A stretch of DNA of 63,890 nt, filler included, from Octopus bimaculoides (taxonomy: Eukaryota): assembly GCF_001194135.2 (NCBI RefSeq). It is 6 parts of 6 records of this genome, joined end to end, with 100 filler letters (N's around TTAATTAATTAA, not from the genome) between each part and the next. Parts side by side here need not be neighbours in the genome. Positions count along the whole stretch, not along the records: positions 1 to 29,137 come from NC_068995.1; 5 more parts are not named here. One strand, given 5' to 3'. The number at the start of each line of letters is the position of its first letter. The first letter of the stretch is position 1. The position numbers and the translations under genes were made by a program. Below, in pieces: positions 13,852 to 25,920 of the stretch. The notes below the pieces were generated by a model. That model ran no database searches. It saw only the letters and a list, made by a program, of their open reading frames with translations, and was not told the origin of the DNA.

Positions 13852-14470
13852 CATCGGTTACACACGAAATTCAATTGGGATTTGAGTTTATATTCCACAC
13901 AACATAAATATGAAATGCAAAGCATCACACACACACACACACACACACACATACTCAAACGCGCACTCACAAATGTGCTCCCCACACGCTCACATACACA
14001 TATCATTTAATATATTTACGTTTGCAGCGTGCACATTTTATTTTTAAAGTTAGATCGAGATGAGATGTTATTAAACGTAGCAACTTTATAAAATGTTTTA
14101 TAGAGACGGGTAATCTTTATTGCTGTAACTTTCCGTAAACATTGCCATTATATACACTAAGGCAGTGTGTGAAATTATATTTCCGCATGCATAATCGAAC
14201 GGTATTGGATGTGTTTATATATACATACAAACAAACATTCTTCCATACATAATACATACATTTATACATACATACATACATACATACATAAACGCATGAT
14301 ATAGATATATATACATGTAAGTTTAAATATGTATATATGTATTTGTACCCATGTGTATCTATAGATATCTAACTATATATGCAAATACATATTACACATA
14401 TGAACATGTAAGTTTTTGTGTATGTGTGTATGCTTTTTTGTTTGTCTCTGTGTGTATGAGTGTTTATACC

Positions 14471-14519
<49 letters not shown>

Positions 14520-15154
14520 CTCCTTTGAAAAAAAATCAACAACTATACAGCCAATATATACGGGCTTATCAGTATCAAATTATATTTTTCTGTCATCATC
14601 TATGTGTGTATAAAAATTTTCCGTCATATATTGAATACTTGTCGCAAATATTGCTTAAATTATCATGGATTTTCCAAGCTTTTGGCATCGTAATTCTGTC
14701 GGTAGTTTATTGATATTAAGTGTAAATATTTTATAAAGCTTCTTGAGCCCTTTTATCCGCACACGTATTTCTCGAAAATATCAGGGTCACTATGGTAAAT
14801 TGCAGTCACAGATGCCCCACGTGTTAAACGCAGATTTATATTGTTAAGAACAAAACGTTTTACATCCTGACTTTGTATCTTAACCTATAAACAGAGGACA
14901 TCAGGAAATGATGTTTCCAAAACATCATGTGGATACGGCCAACGTCGCAGGAAACTGCATATTTTGCGGCATTTTTTTTTTTTTTTTATTGTGAGATTAT
15001 GCGGCAGACAAATAATTATTATCATTTTTATTACCTTTATACTGACAAAAATATGCATGAATACTACTCCGAAAAAAAAAAGATGTTTTTTTTTTTGACG
15101 CTTGTAACATACATTCATGCACCCCGCTCTTGTTGTTTAAACCAGCATTCCGTC

Positions 15155-15400
15155 GATTACGACGACGAAATTTCCATTTAATCCGATCAAGGGAACAGCC
15201 TGCTCGTGAAAACGTGCAAGTGTTTGAGCGTAGTTCTCAGGTAGATTCAACGAGATACAGAATGCGACACGGCTGGTGGCCCTCTGGACTACAGGTATTC
15301 TCACTTTAACCGTCTGAGTAGATTGAAGCAACGTGTATTTAAATGTCTTGCTGAATGACACACTACACCGCCAAGAATCGAACTCGCATTTGTGCAAATC
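15155..15400 (-). mobile_element. SINE family D (decayed)
   Basis: GGAACAGCCTGCTCGTGAAA..ACGTGCAAGTG shared with the other family D copies. Confidence 0.78.
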
Positions 15401-17748
15401 GTTGACGCATCTTAAAGGTTAAAAGACAAGATTCACGTTGGTTAGTAATTATCCTACACAGGTTTCCTCCACATTTAGTACTATGCTGGTCACTGATGGA
15501 CAGCGCAAAATAAGAGCATTCTGCTCCCTGATGGACACAACACAATCCAAAGATGCATGGCATTGCCCTACTTACAATATATCTTAATTAAAGCGCATGA
15601 AACGTGATGTACATTCTTACACGCACGGACACAAAAACACAATATATACGTTTCATTGCAGATATGTGCGTATTATATGCTTAGGCGAATATACAGTAAG
15701 TTAGTTTTTTTAAAGAAAACATACACAAAAAAAAAACAAACAAGTGGAATACATATACTAAACAAGATTCACAACCACGAAACAGAAATCAATGTATTCT
15801 ACATACAATGTGTCTGTGTGTCTGTTTATCTATCTATCTGTCTATCTATCTATCTATCTGTCTGTCAATGTGTATGCATGTGTGTATTTATATATGTGTG
15901 TATGTATACACATACACACACACACACATATATATACTTCTGTAATGGTTCTTTGCAACAGAGCGAATAAGAAGCGAGACATACCAAACTGATTTTATTC
16001 GTTTTAATAACATTTTATATTCCAAGTAGAGCATTAATCACAGTAATACAATAATCTAAGATGTCACTGTTACAGTAGCATTAAATTAATTGACTAGTTT
16101 CGAAGGAAAAATAATGTCTTTCTTTACTGTGTCTCTGCTTTCTGTAGCATTGTCATAACTAGTGAAGTCTCGTATTCCATTGTCTAATGGAAAGTTACGA
16201 CTTAGTGGTCAGTGATATAGTATTGTCGTTTGGTTAACGGAGAGCTCGAGAGCCTGGTCACTAGTGGAACTTTACTCATCTCGAGATCATTGTAAAGTGC
16301 GTGACCTACTGGTTAATGTATGGGTGTGATGTATGAGTTAGTGGAAGTGTTGTGGCTTTGCTGTGTTCAAACTGTAGTTATGTCGTATTTCTGATTGCGT
16401 TGTGGGGCGGCCTTTTATATCCTCGACCAAGACATTTTATTTCACGCCGCTCCACTATATTCAGCTGAATATTAGAACCAGCAACGTCTGTAGCGTCATG
16501 CTGCACCGGAAGGCAATGTGTGGTATTGTATTGTTTCTAATACAAAAATATACGGTAAATAACGCTGACTTCCTTGTGAGTTCATTTAGCAACGAAAAAA
16601 CTAATGGTTGATCACACCTTATTATTGTTGATCAAATTTGCAACTTGATCAATGTGGTACTCTCATTCGCACTCCACCCGTACTACATTTCTACATACAC
16701 TAACCGACAAGCTATACTGCTTCCATACCAGTTGTTTCGTACAGATTGAATAGTCACCAACTCAAAGGACAGAACAGTTATTTACACAACTAAACTTTAC
16801 CATATTTCGCAAATTATTAAGCCTAAAATTATGCAATTTTTAACAAAACATCAGTAATTTTCAGAGGAGTGAATAACTCGTTTACACCGTTACCAAGTAT
16901 TTGACCGATAATTAGTATTATCGATCCTACCAAAAAGAAGACCAAATCTGATTTCCATGAAATTTGAACTCAAAATAATGCAACGGAATATATTCAACAA
17001 AGCCAATTATCCTGAAGCTACTAACACATTGCTTTCAAAACGATCATAGGAAAAAAGAATATCAAACTTCTAGTTATGGCAGAGACCCAAAATATAGGAT
17101 ATTTTTCTTACATATTATAAAGTTGTAACAGGGTAAACGATAAAACTCATGTATACATGTGTGTGTTTGTGTATATGTTTGCGTGTTTGTGTACATGTAT
17201 ATACATACATATATATAAGCGTGTACTACGTATGCAAATGTATGCGCACACATACATATATCTTCTTGGTTTGGCTTTGGAGAAGGAATACCTAGGAGGT
17301 CGGGTCAATATTTGTGTCATAATTGGTATTTTGTTGTCAATATCTGACATTATCCTGACATTACCACTCTCAGAATGAAGAGCTTACTTCACCAGTACAG
17401 ATATCTATCTATATAGGTAGGTAGCAACTTAGTTCATGCAACAATATGCACACACACACACACACACACATACATACATACAGGTAGTAGGATGAGAATG
17501 GAGAGGGGAGAGAAAAAGAGGCAGAGAGTGCAGAATGTAACAATTCACTGACGATTAACGGTGGAATGTGGTAGAATTTCATAGCGACTAAGGTGGTTTC
17601 CTTCTTGTAATTGCCAGCACAAATTACACTGATAAACTGATTGAATATATGAACTTAGGTTAATATATTTATCGTTGACATAAGAAATACTTTATACATC
17701 TATATGTATTCTAACTGTGTATATACTTACATCCACACACAGACAAAA

Positions 17749-17815
<67 letters not shown>

Positions 17816-18454
17816 NNNNNNNNNNNNNNNNNNNNNNNNNNNNNNNNNNNNNNNNNNNNNNNNNNNNNNNNNNNNNNNNNNNNNNNNNNNNNNNNNNNNN
17901 NNNNNNNNNNNNNNNNNNNNNNNNNNNNNNNNNNNNNNNNNNNNNNNNNNNNNNNNNNNNNNNNNNNNNNNNNNNNNNNNNNNNNNNNNNNNNNNNNNNN
18001 NNNNNNNNNNNNNNNNNNNNNNNNNNNNNNNNNNNNNNNNNNNNNNNNNNNNNNNNNNNNNNNNNNNNNNNNNNNNNNNNNNNNNNNNNNNNNNNNNNNN
18101 NNNNNNNNNNNNNNNNNNNNNNNNNNNNNNNNNNNNNNNNNNNNNNNNNNNNNNNNNNNNNNNNNNNNNNNNNNNNNNNNNNNNNNNNNNNNNNNNNNNN
18201 NNNNNNNNNNNNNNNNNNNNNNNNNNNNNNNNNNNNNNNNNNNNNNNNNNNNNNNNNNNNNNNNNNNNNNNNNNNNNNNNNNNNNNNNNNNNNNNNNNNN
18301 NNNNNNNNNNNNNNNNNNNNNNNNNNNNNNNNNNNNNNNNNNNNNNNNNNNNNNNNNNNNNNNNNNNNNNNNNNNNNNNNNNNNNNNNNNNNNNNNNNNN
18401 NNNNNNNNNNNNNNNNNNNNNNNNNNNNNNNNNNNNNNNNNNNNNNNNNNNNNN

Positions 18455-18502
<48 letters not shown>

Positions 18503-19142
18503 TGTATATACCCAATTAAAAGAAAAAAGACAAAGAAAATTCTTCAACACATCTTTCTGTACCGTCTCCATTTGCAACGCCAGTGTACGCGAAAATTCTA
18601 AAAGAAAAAAATTACGTAATATTTGCGGATTTAGACATTGGAGAGGCATGTCCTCAGACTTGTATCAAAGTCTTTTTTCCTCTTAATACACATCCACACA
18701 CACAAACAAACAGACATACGTACACACACACACATACACACACCGTATTTATTTCTTCGAACGTGAGGGATCCTCATACTCGAAAAGTATGCTAAGTACT
18801 GTAATATCGTACTGTAATAATTCGTTGCACATGCTTATTAATCAACATTATATAATTCAATTTGTGTTAATTTTGGATTTCGTAACTTACGGGATCGGAA
18901 ACGTAGGAACCAGTCAAATAGCGGATCAGGTCACTCTACATCATTACACGCATACACACCATTCTAACATACACACACGCGTTTGCGCACCATAGCTTAG
19001 TCTGAGTCACCATTACTATCTTCCTTTCATTCAGCCTCTTTCTTTCAACCATTTCATGTTGAACCGTTAAACTCTACACATTGTTTTTTTTTTTCATTTC
19101 TCCATTTTTTTCCCTTCTCTATCCGTGTCTTTTTCTTAATCA

Positions 19143-19176
19143 TTTCTGTTGAAGAGCGTAAGTTCGAAACGTCAAA
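19143..19176 (+). ncRNA. Minimal type-I hammerhead-ribozyme-like motif (Penelope-like element terminus), variant core
   Basis: TTT-CTGTTGA-A-GAGC-GTAA-GTTC-GAAAC-GTC-AAA: stem I TTT/AAA, stem II GAGC/GTTC with a GNRA loop, palindromic ACGT stem III, GUC cleavage triplet; core position 6 is U rather than A. Confidence 0.55.
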
Positions 19177-19265
19177 GACTTTTCCATACTTCCCTAGAGT
19201 TAAAGTAATACACATGCTTCTTGTTTCTTCACATGTCTTCGTGTTTTGTTTCCTGTGAATATTTA
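19143..19265 (+). mobile_element. Short Penelope-like non-autonomous element next to a microsatellite
   Basis: Hammerhead-like head plus about 90 bp that align by eye with 42381-42478; followed by (TG)(TC)(TA) repeats. Confidence 0.6.
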
Positions 19266-19314
19266 ATTTGTGTGTGTGTGTGTGTGTGTGTGTATCTCTC
19301 TCTCTCTCTCTCTC

Positions 19315-19370
<56 letters not shown>

Positions 19371-19929
19371 ACATTCATATATATACACATTTATTTATAA
19401 ATAAATTATCAATCATATGTATAACTGTATGATTAATAATTTGTTTATTGAGAACCATTTCCACGGAATAAAGTCATCCTCGTTTATATAATTACTTAAT
19501 TGATATACGTAGAGTATGTGCTGAGTTGTGTGTGTGTGTGTGTGTTGATGTAAGCTATTGATTCTAAAATCATTAATCTGCATGAATACAAATGACATTC
19601 GCGGTCTGCATATTCGGTTTTTAATATTTAGTGTTTTCATTATTGCAGGCCAAACATATGTATACATTCCTTTTCACATGTAAACCATTTCAACTATATT
19701 TTGCCGACGTTTTAAAACAGCATGTCCTGAGTTAAATAGCGGGATTCACCCAATCTATATACACCGATAATGAAACCCGTATACATAAATACATATAAAC
19801 ATATGCATACACACACACATATACATGTATGTATACATATATATACATATAGATATATATATGTATATGCACACACCTGTATTTTTATGAATCTACGTCT
19901 CTCTTCATCTTTCTATAAGTCAATATCCC

Positions 19930-20095
19930 TTACCTGTTTATCTATCTATCCATCTATTTATATATCCATCCATCAATCTATATATGTATCCATCCATCTA
20001 TCTATCTATTTATGTATCCATCCATCTATTTATTTGTGTATCCATCCATCTATCTATCTATATGTATGTATATATGCATATATAAACATACGCAT
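19930..20095. repeat. Compound (ATCC)/(ATCT) tetranucleotide repeat
   Basis: Direct reading. Confidence 0.9.
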
Positions 20096-21089
20096 ACCTA
20101 TATATCTCTAATGTATATTATGCGATATGTTTACGTTTGCTTTTATATATATATCCATATATGTGTGTGTGTGTTTCCACGCATATCTTGTATCTCACTA
20201 GTAGAATATTGAATATAAAAATATGGCTATGAAATAAATCAATATTTGCGTTATCGATCCTTCTTTCGAAGCCCCAACTCCCTATACACTATATGACTTC
20301 AGTCGAGAATGCGGGAAGCAGCGAACCAGATACCTTACAGAAGCTGGATATTAACTTCCTATACATAGCAGAATCTTCCCCAAACTCTGCAATTCGATTT
20401 ACTATAATGACACCTTAATAGAAATATATGTTTCGTTATCACGGATGAATAGATGGAATTTATTAGAAGATCCATTTTATTTATATATTTATATATTCTA
20501 TTTATTTCTTTAGCCTCTCTCTTATTCTCTCCATCCTACAAATGTCAGCTGAGCTGAATACTGCTTACATGATCGCAGTTTATTTTTGTTGTTTTTTTTT
20601 GGTTTGTGTGTGCGTGTTTTTTTGTTTTGTTTTGTTTTTTTACAGGGAAGCATCGATATATCGGCAATAGTTTCCATGTTTCTGCTGCTGTGGCATCACA
20701 GCTGTTTGTAGAAGAAAATGGAGGGAAAAAAAGAAAACAAAATAAAAGCCAAAAAACGAAAGAAGAAACCAACGCAAACTGTAAAACAGCAATGGGAGAT
20801 TGTTACACTAATTCATTCGTAGCATGAGGTCAAGCACATTTTCTCTTCTTCGTCCCACCCCTCTACCCCATTCCAGCCACCAAAATTACATCGGTAAACC
20901 TATGAATGTCACAATAATCAATTTACGTATTATTTGCTAAAAGAATATCAAATATGACCTTTGACCTTTGAACTGTCTAAAAGCAGCAAATAGGAAACAA
21001 AAAAACAAAACACAAAATATTGAAAAATCACAAATACGCTACTGTAATAAAACGCTAATAATAATAATTTCAATTTTCGGCAAAAGGCC

Positions 21090-21450
21090 AGCGGTGCTAG
21101 CGGTAGAAGTACCAGTTCATATTCAACTAGTCTTTATCTTGTCGATCCTAAAAGGATAAAAGGCACAAATGACCTTGGTGCCATTTCAGCTCAGAACTTG
21201 AGGAACCGCCGGAATAAATACCGCTAAGCATTTTGTCCGACGCGTTAATGATTCTTCGACGCCGTCGCGTTAATAGTAATAAAAGAAAAATTATAATCTT
21301 TTTGACTTAGAGCCAGAAATTGGAAGGGGAAGGAGGGGAAGCCGATTCCATCGTCAGCAGAAGGATGAAAGGTGGCGTCGACTTCGGTGTCGTTTGAACT
21401 TGGAAAATTATCGCCGTTTGTACCATTTGTACGATTCTGACAACTACTTG
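21090..21450 (-). mobile_element. Two decayed SINE family B fragments
   Basis: AAAGGATAAAAGGC..AAATACCGCTAAGCATTTTGTCCGACG and a second GAAGGATGAAAGG..GTCGACTTCGG block. Confidence 0.75.
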
Positions 21451-22519
21451 TCAATAAAAACGATAACAAGAGATATATAGATCTACAAAAACATTGAAAG
21501 AATAAGATAAACTGAATTATGTTGTTTCTCTCGTTATCGCTTAATCCCAGGTCAGACCTGAACAACACAATATCTATAATCAATACCATTTCATCCGTAA
21601 GCATATCTAATATACTTTTGTTTTCTGTTTTTTTTTTATTATCTTTGTTCTTGCATGCAAAGACATAATGCATATTGGTCTCCAACCAAGCGGAGCAAAA
21701 TCTGAGGTAGATATAGCTGCTATTTCGCGCGTATAGATTAGCGTTTTAAATGCGCAATCGATCAGACTATGGCTCAAAATTTTAGACTTGGCGCCTAGGT
21801 GAGAAAAGATTATTGTATTGGTAGCGCTACTGGTACGAGTTAAACGCTACAGGTAAGATTTTGCTGTCAGACGGACTCGATCTTTCAGTGTCCTGTCATT
21901 GCTGACTCGTGGGGCTATGTTGAACAGCTGCTGTCACGTGTGAGACGGATCCTCCATCATGATGATTGCCCCGCCGCCCTCCTTTAATCGGGCAGTCAAG
22001 TCAGTTTTCTTTTGTGAGGTGGCTATTGCAAAAGAGGTTGTTTGATGGACGAGGTTGAAAAACCAGAAGACAGGTACATTGCTCTTTGGTAGAGGCCCCA
22101 TCAACTTTTTCAAGTTTCACTCGAAAGTGTTAGAGAGGGAAGTGTTGCACTTGAGCGAGTTTATTGAAAGGCTTAGTGAAAGTTGCGAAAATGGTAAGAA
22201 TGCATGTTATCTCTCTCATTGAAGACCTATGAGTCGGAAGAAGAGAACTGGTGCAGGCGTTTGCCATTGGTGCTCAGAGAGATCTTGGACGGTGGGTTTC
22301 CTCGATAATCCTTAAAAGACATCCTCTAACATGAGGACCACATCACTACTCCCCTCGCCCCGTTTTTTCTTTACCTTTGTACCCTATGTATATTTCCCCT
22401 ACTTTTCAGTGCATACCCTGCTCCTTATAATTATTTTATCATTTCATTGTATTTAAACCCCCAGACTTTGTGTCTGTCTTTGTAATGACCCCCTCATCCC
22501 TCGCCCCGGCGACAAATAA

Positions 22520-22850
22520 ATGACATCATCATCATCATCATCATCATCGTGATCATCATCATCATCTTCCTTATTATTATTATTATTATTAATATTGCTG
22601 TCATAAATATTTGTTGTAACAGAAGCCTCAACGACAAAAGGAGCAGTGCTCGCCACAGCAACAGCAACCAGCAGCATTAGCAGCAGCATCAGAGATATTC
22701 TGAGGAGCAGTAAAAGCAATGGCGACAGTAGTAGCAGAAACAGCTGCAGCACCAGGAACAGTAGCAGCAGCAATAACAGTGGTGACAGCACCAGCAGCAG
22801 CAGCAGCGGCGATGGCAGCAGCAGCAGCGGCAGCAGCACTAATAGTAGTC
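22520..22850. repeat. (CAT)n-(TAT)n followed by a degenerate (CAG/GCA)n tract
   Basis: Direct reading. Confidence 0.9.
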
Positions 22851-23523
22851 ATACTTTCCCACGTTTTATGCAATTCAAAGCCAGTGGCCTGGACCACGAG
22901 AAGGAAAGCGAATGGTACGTAGGCACTTGCGTACGGAGCGCCTTTCATCTGTAATATCTACACGCTGAGCTCACTCAAACATGCCCTTATTACATTATTA
23001 TGTTATATTTCGACATATTTTTTGTTGTCATTATCACCGATAGTATCGTTGTTGTTGCTGTTGTTGTTGATTTTCATCATATTCTTATAAATATCGATTT
23101 TTAAATGTATTATATAAGGCGAAGAAATATCTAGACATGTGAAAAGGCGGCGGGGGAGGGGGAGAGTTGTGTTTATTGGACAATGAAATGTAAACCGACT
23201 CGAAATAGAGATTTAATTAGTTATTAAAAGGTTAAAAGAAATTCATAGCATACGTGACGGAGACATTAGAAGAATCGACATTGCCTGAAAAACAACGATT
23301 ATATACTAAAAGAGTCAGGTACATATAGATATCAGAAGAGGTATTTTTAGATATTTCTTAAATAAACATGCATAAAATGTGTGTATGTGTGTGTGTGTGC
23401 ATCTATCTATCTATCTATCCATACATACATGCATACATACATTTACACACGTTTAGATGCACGTAAACATATTTATATACATATTTAAATGGACATATAC
23501 ACTTATGTATGTTTCTATAAGTG

Positions 23524-23772
23524 TAGGCGCGTGGCTTAGTGGTTAGGGTTTCAGCTTCATGATCGTAAGATTGTGGTTTCGATTCCGGGACCGAGCGACG
23601 CATTGTGTTCTTGAGCAAAACACTTCATTTCACGTTGCTCCAGTCCGCTCAGCTGCCAAAAATGAGTAACGCTGCGATGGACTGGCGTCCCGTTCATCTG
23701 GGGAACACATACACCATTGAAAACGAGAAACCGGGCCCATGAGCCTGGCTAGGCTTTAAAAGGGCGCAAAAA
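23524..23772 (+). mobile_element. tRNA-derived SINE family C, near full length
   Basis: A-box TGGCTTAGTGG, B-box GTTTCGATTCC, then TGTGTTCTTGAGCAAAACACTT (CORE-like) and CTGCGATGGACTGGCGTCCCGT. Confidence 0.92.
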
Positions 23773-23957
23773 ATGTTTATATATATATGTATGTATGTGT
23801 GTTTGTTGTAGCTAGTTGTGATGTCACAACTTACTTGAAAATCCTGTACAGTCACAGGGAAACACTGTAACACACATAAAACAATATTGAGTTCTACCAT
23901 GGTCCTGAGTGTTATTTCCGCCAGTTCACAGTAAACGTACACACACATACTCATACA

Positions 23958-24032
<75 letters not shown>

Positions 24033-24390
24033 TTGCAGAAGTTGATGGACTGTTTAAGATTCACTAATTGGATAATTATTTTTTAACTTGAAGACCAACC
24101 ACAAGATATCTAAGGTCATATATCACATATCTCGAGAGGAAAGGATGCAACAGTTTCGGAAACTGAAACGAAGTAGCAAACAGAATTTGTCTGACGTTTA
24201 TTTTTAATAATGTGCAAGGTTCTGGAGGAAGAAAATTGCAACCTCTAGTTAAACCTGATTTACGCTTGGTCTCATAAGCCCACGTGTGTGGATGCTGTCG
24301 CATCACATTTATCTGACCGTCTATTTAACTACGAATCAGTGCTCGGGTCAGCTTGTCTGTCTGTATATAAATTTGTATGTCTGCCTGTCT

Positions 24391-24439
<49 letters not shown>

Positions 24440-24443
<4 letters not shown>

Positions 24444-24595
24444 CTTATGTCCCTGTCACTTAGCGGTTCGGCAAAAAGAGACTGATAGTATATGTACTAT
24501 GCTTACAAAGAATAAGTCCTGGTGTCGATTCGTTTGACTAAAGGCGATGCTCCAACATGGCCGTAGTCAAATGACTGAAGCAAATAAAAGAATAT
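24440..24595 (+). mobile_element. SINE family A, 3' part
   Basis: CTTAGCGGTTCGGCAAAAAGAGAC..GCTTACAAAGAATAAGTCCTGG..GCATGGCCG-like tail. Confidence 0.88.
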
Positions 24596-24718
24596 CCATA
24601 TATATATGTGAGTGTGTATATCTTTCTGATTGTAAACCTAAGAACCACACTTGTACCTGTATACATAAATACATACATACATATATATATAAGTATATAT
24701 ATATATATATATATATAA

Positions 24719-24768
<50 letters not shown>

Positions 24769-25700
24769 TCACATACCGACAAACGTAGACACACGCATAC
24801 ACATATATTTACATATATACACACGTACAATGAGACACACACATATATATACATATATGTACAAGCACATACACATGCCCACACAAAAGATAGCGCGGGA
24901 ATTGAACATCGCACTGTAAAGGCCACGGTACGAAATAAATTGAATACAAGTTTCAGGAAAGTTGAATCACGTATAGGGTTCAGTGATAATACAAAACAAA
25001 AACGAATAAGAATAATAATAGCATTAATCGTGGATTGAATGAGTGGTTGTAGCATATTGCAACTACTGCATTAAAGAATGCACCATCTATATATGGAAAC
25101 ATTTTGCAGGGAAATGAAAATCTTAATGACAAATCCGATTCATTTCTAGTCTTATAGCGTAACGCGATTTCCACTTTAACGATCCGATAACAGACAGACG
25201 CGTGCAGAAGGAAGACATTGCATTCGTACATATACGAACGAGTATACAGATATAAAGAATGCAACACAATCATACACACGCCTGCAGTCAGAACGAGAAG
25301 TTGATGAGCGCAGAGTTAACAATAATTAACAAGACGGGCGCAGAAGAGAGAAGCGAATATTAGCGTTTGGGAATGGATTAGGGGGGTTTGACTTTATAAT
25401 AAAATATATAAAAAGAAATGGGCTTAATTCGAATATGTAAACCGTTAAATGTTATTTCAAGTATGATATGATGAGATTTTAATTGGCAGGAATTACGTAA
25501 ATACTACTGAGTCAATATTAGGGTTTCATATAGAGAGGGAAGAAGAAGGAAATAAAAGAATGAGGTGGCCATAAGCTCTTAATAAACACAAACGTGTGCA
25601 TGTATGCACGTATGTAGAATTAGATAGAGCGACATTTAGTTAGATAGGGAGATAAATAGATGGGCGTATAAAGACAGATAGATAGGTGTGTGTATGTATG

Positions 25701-25737
<37 letters not shown>

Positions 25738-25827
25738 ATAGGTATATGTATATAAATGTATATATACTCACATGTGTATGTATGCACGTATACATCATTC
25801 ATACATACATATATTTATGTTTATATA

Positions 25828-25920
25828 TAAATTAAGCAGAAAATGGAGAAGTCTTGATCAACAACTGCTATCGATTATTATTTTCTAATACAAAACTTTC
25901 TCCATGTTCTGCTTAATTTA
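25828..25920. repeat. Inverted repeat, 23-bp arms with one mismatch, 47-nt spacer
   Basis: TAAATTAAGCAGAAAATGGAGAA / TTCTCCATGTTCTGCTTAATTTA. Confidence 0.85.

Noticed and set aside
12701-14006. Long ORFs spanning N runs (also 17704-18649, 47620-48436, 49010-49678, 57662-58825)
   Set aside because: Artefacts of unknown bases translated as X.
16149-16290. Strong acceptor (TCTCTGCTTTCTGTAG) followed by unique sequence
   Set aside because: All three frames close quickly; could be a UTR exon, but nothing in the sequence supports it further.
23524-23600. tRNA-like sequences at SINE heads (also 38271, 53856, 54480-54548)
   Set aside because: They have A and B boxes but no complete cloverleaf, and they continue into SINE bodies; not tRNA genes.
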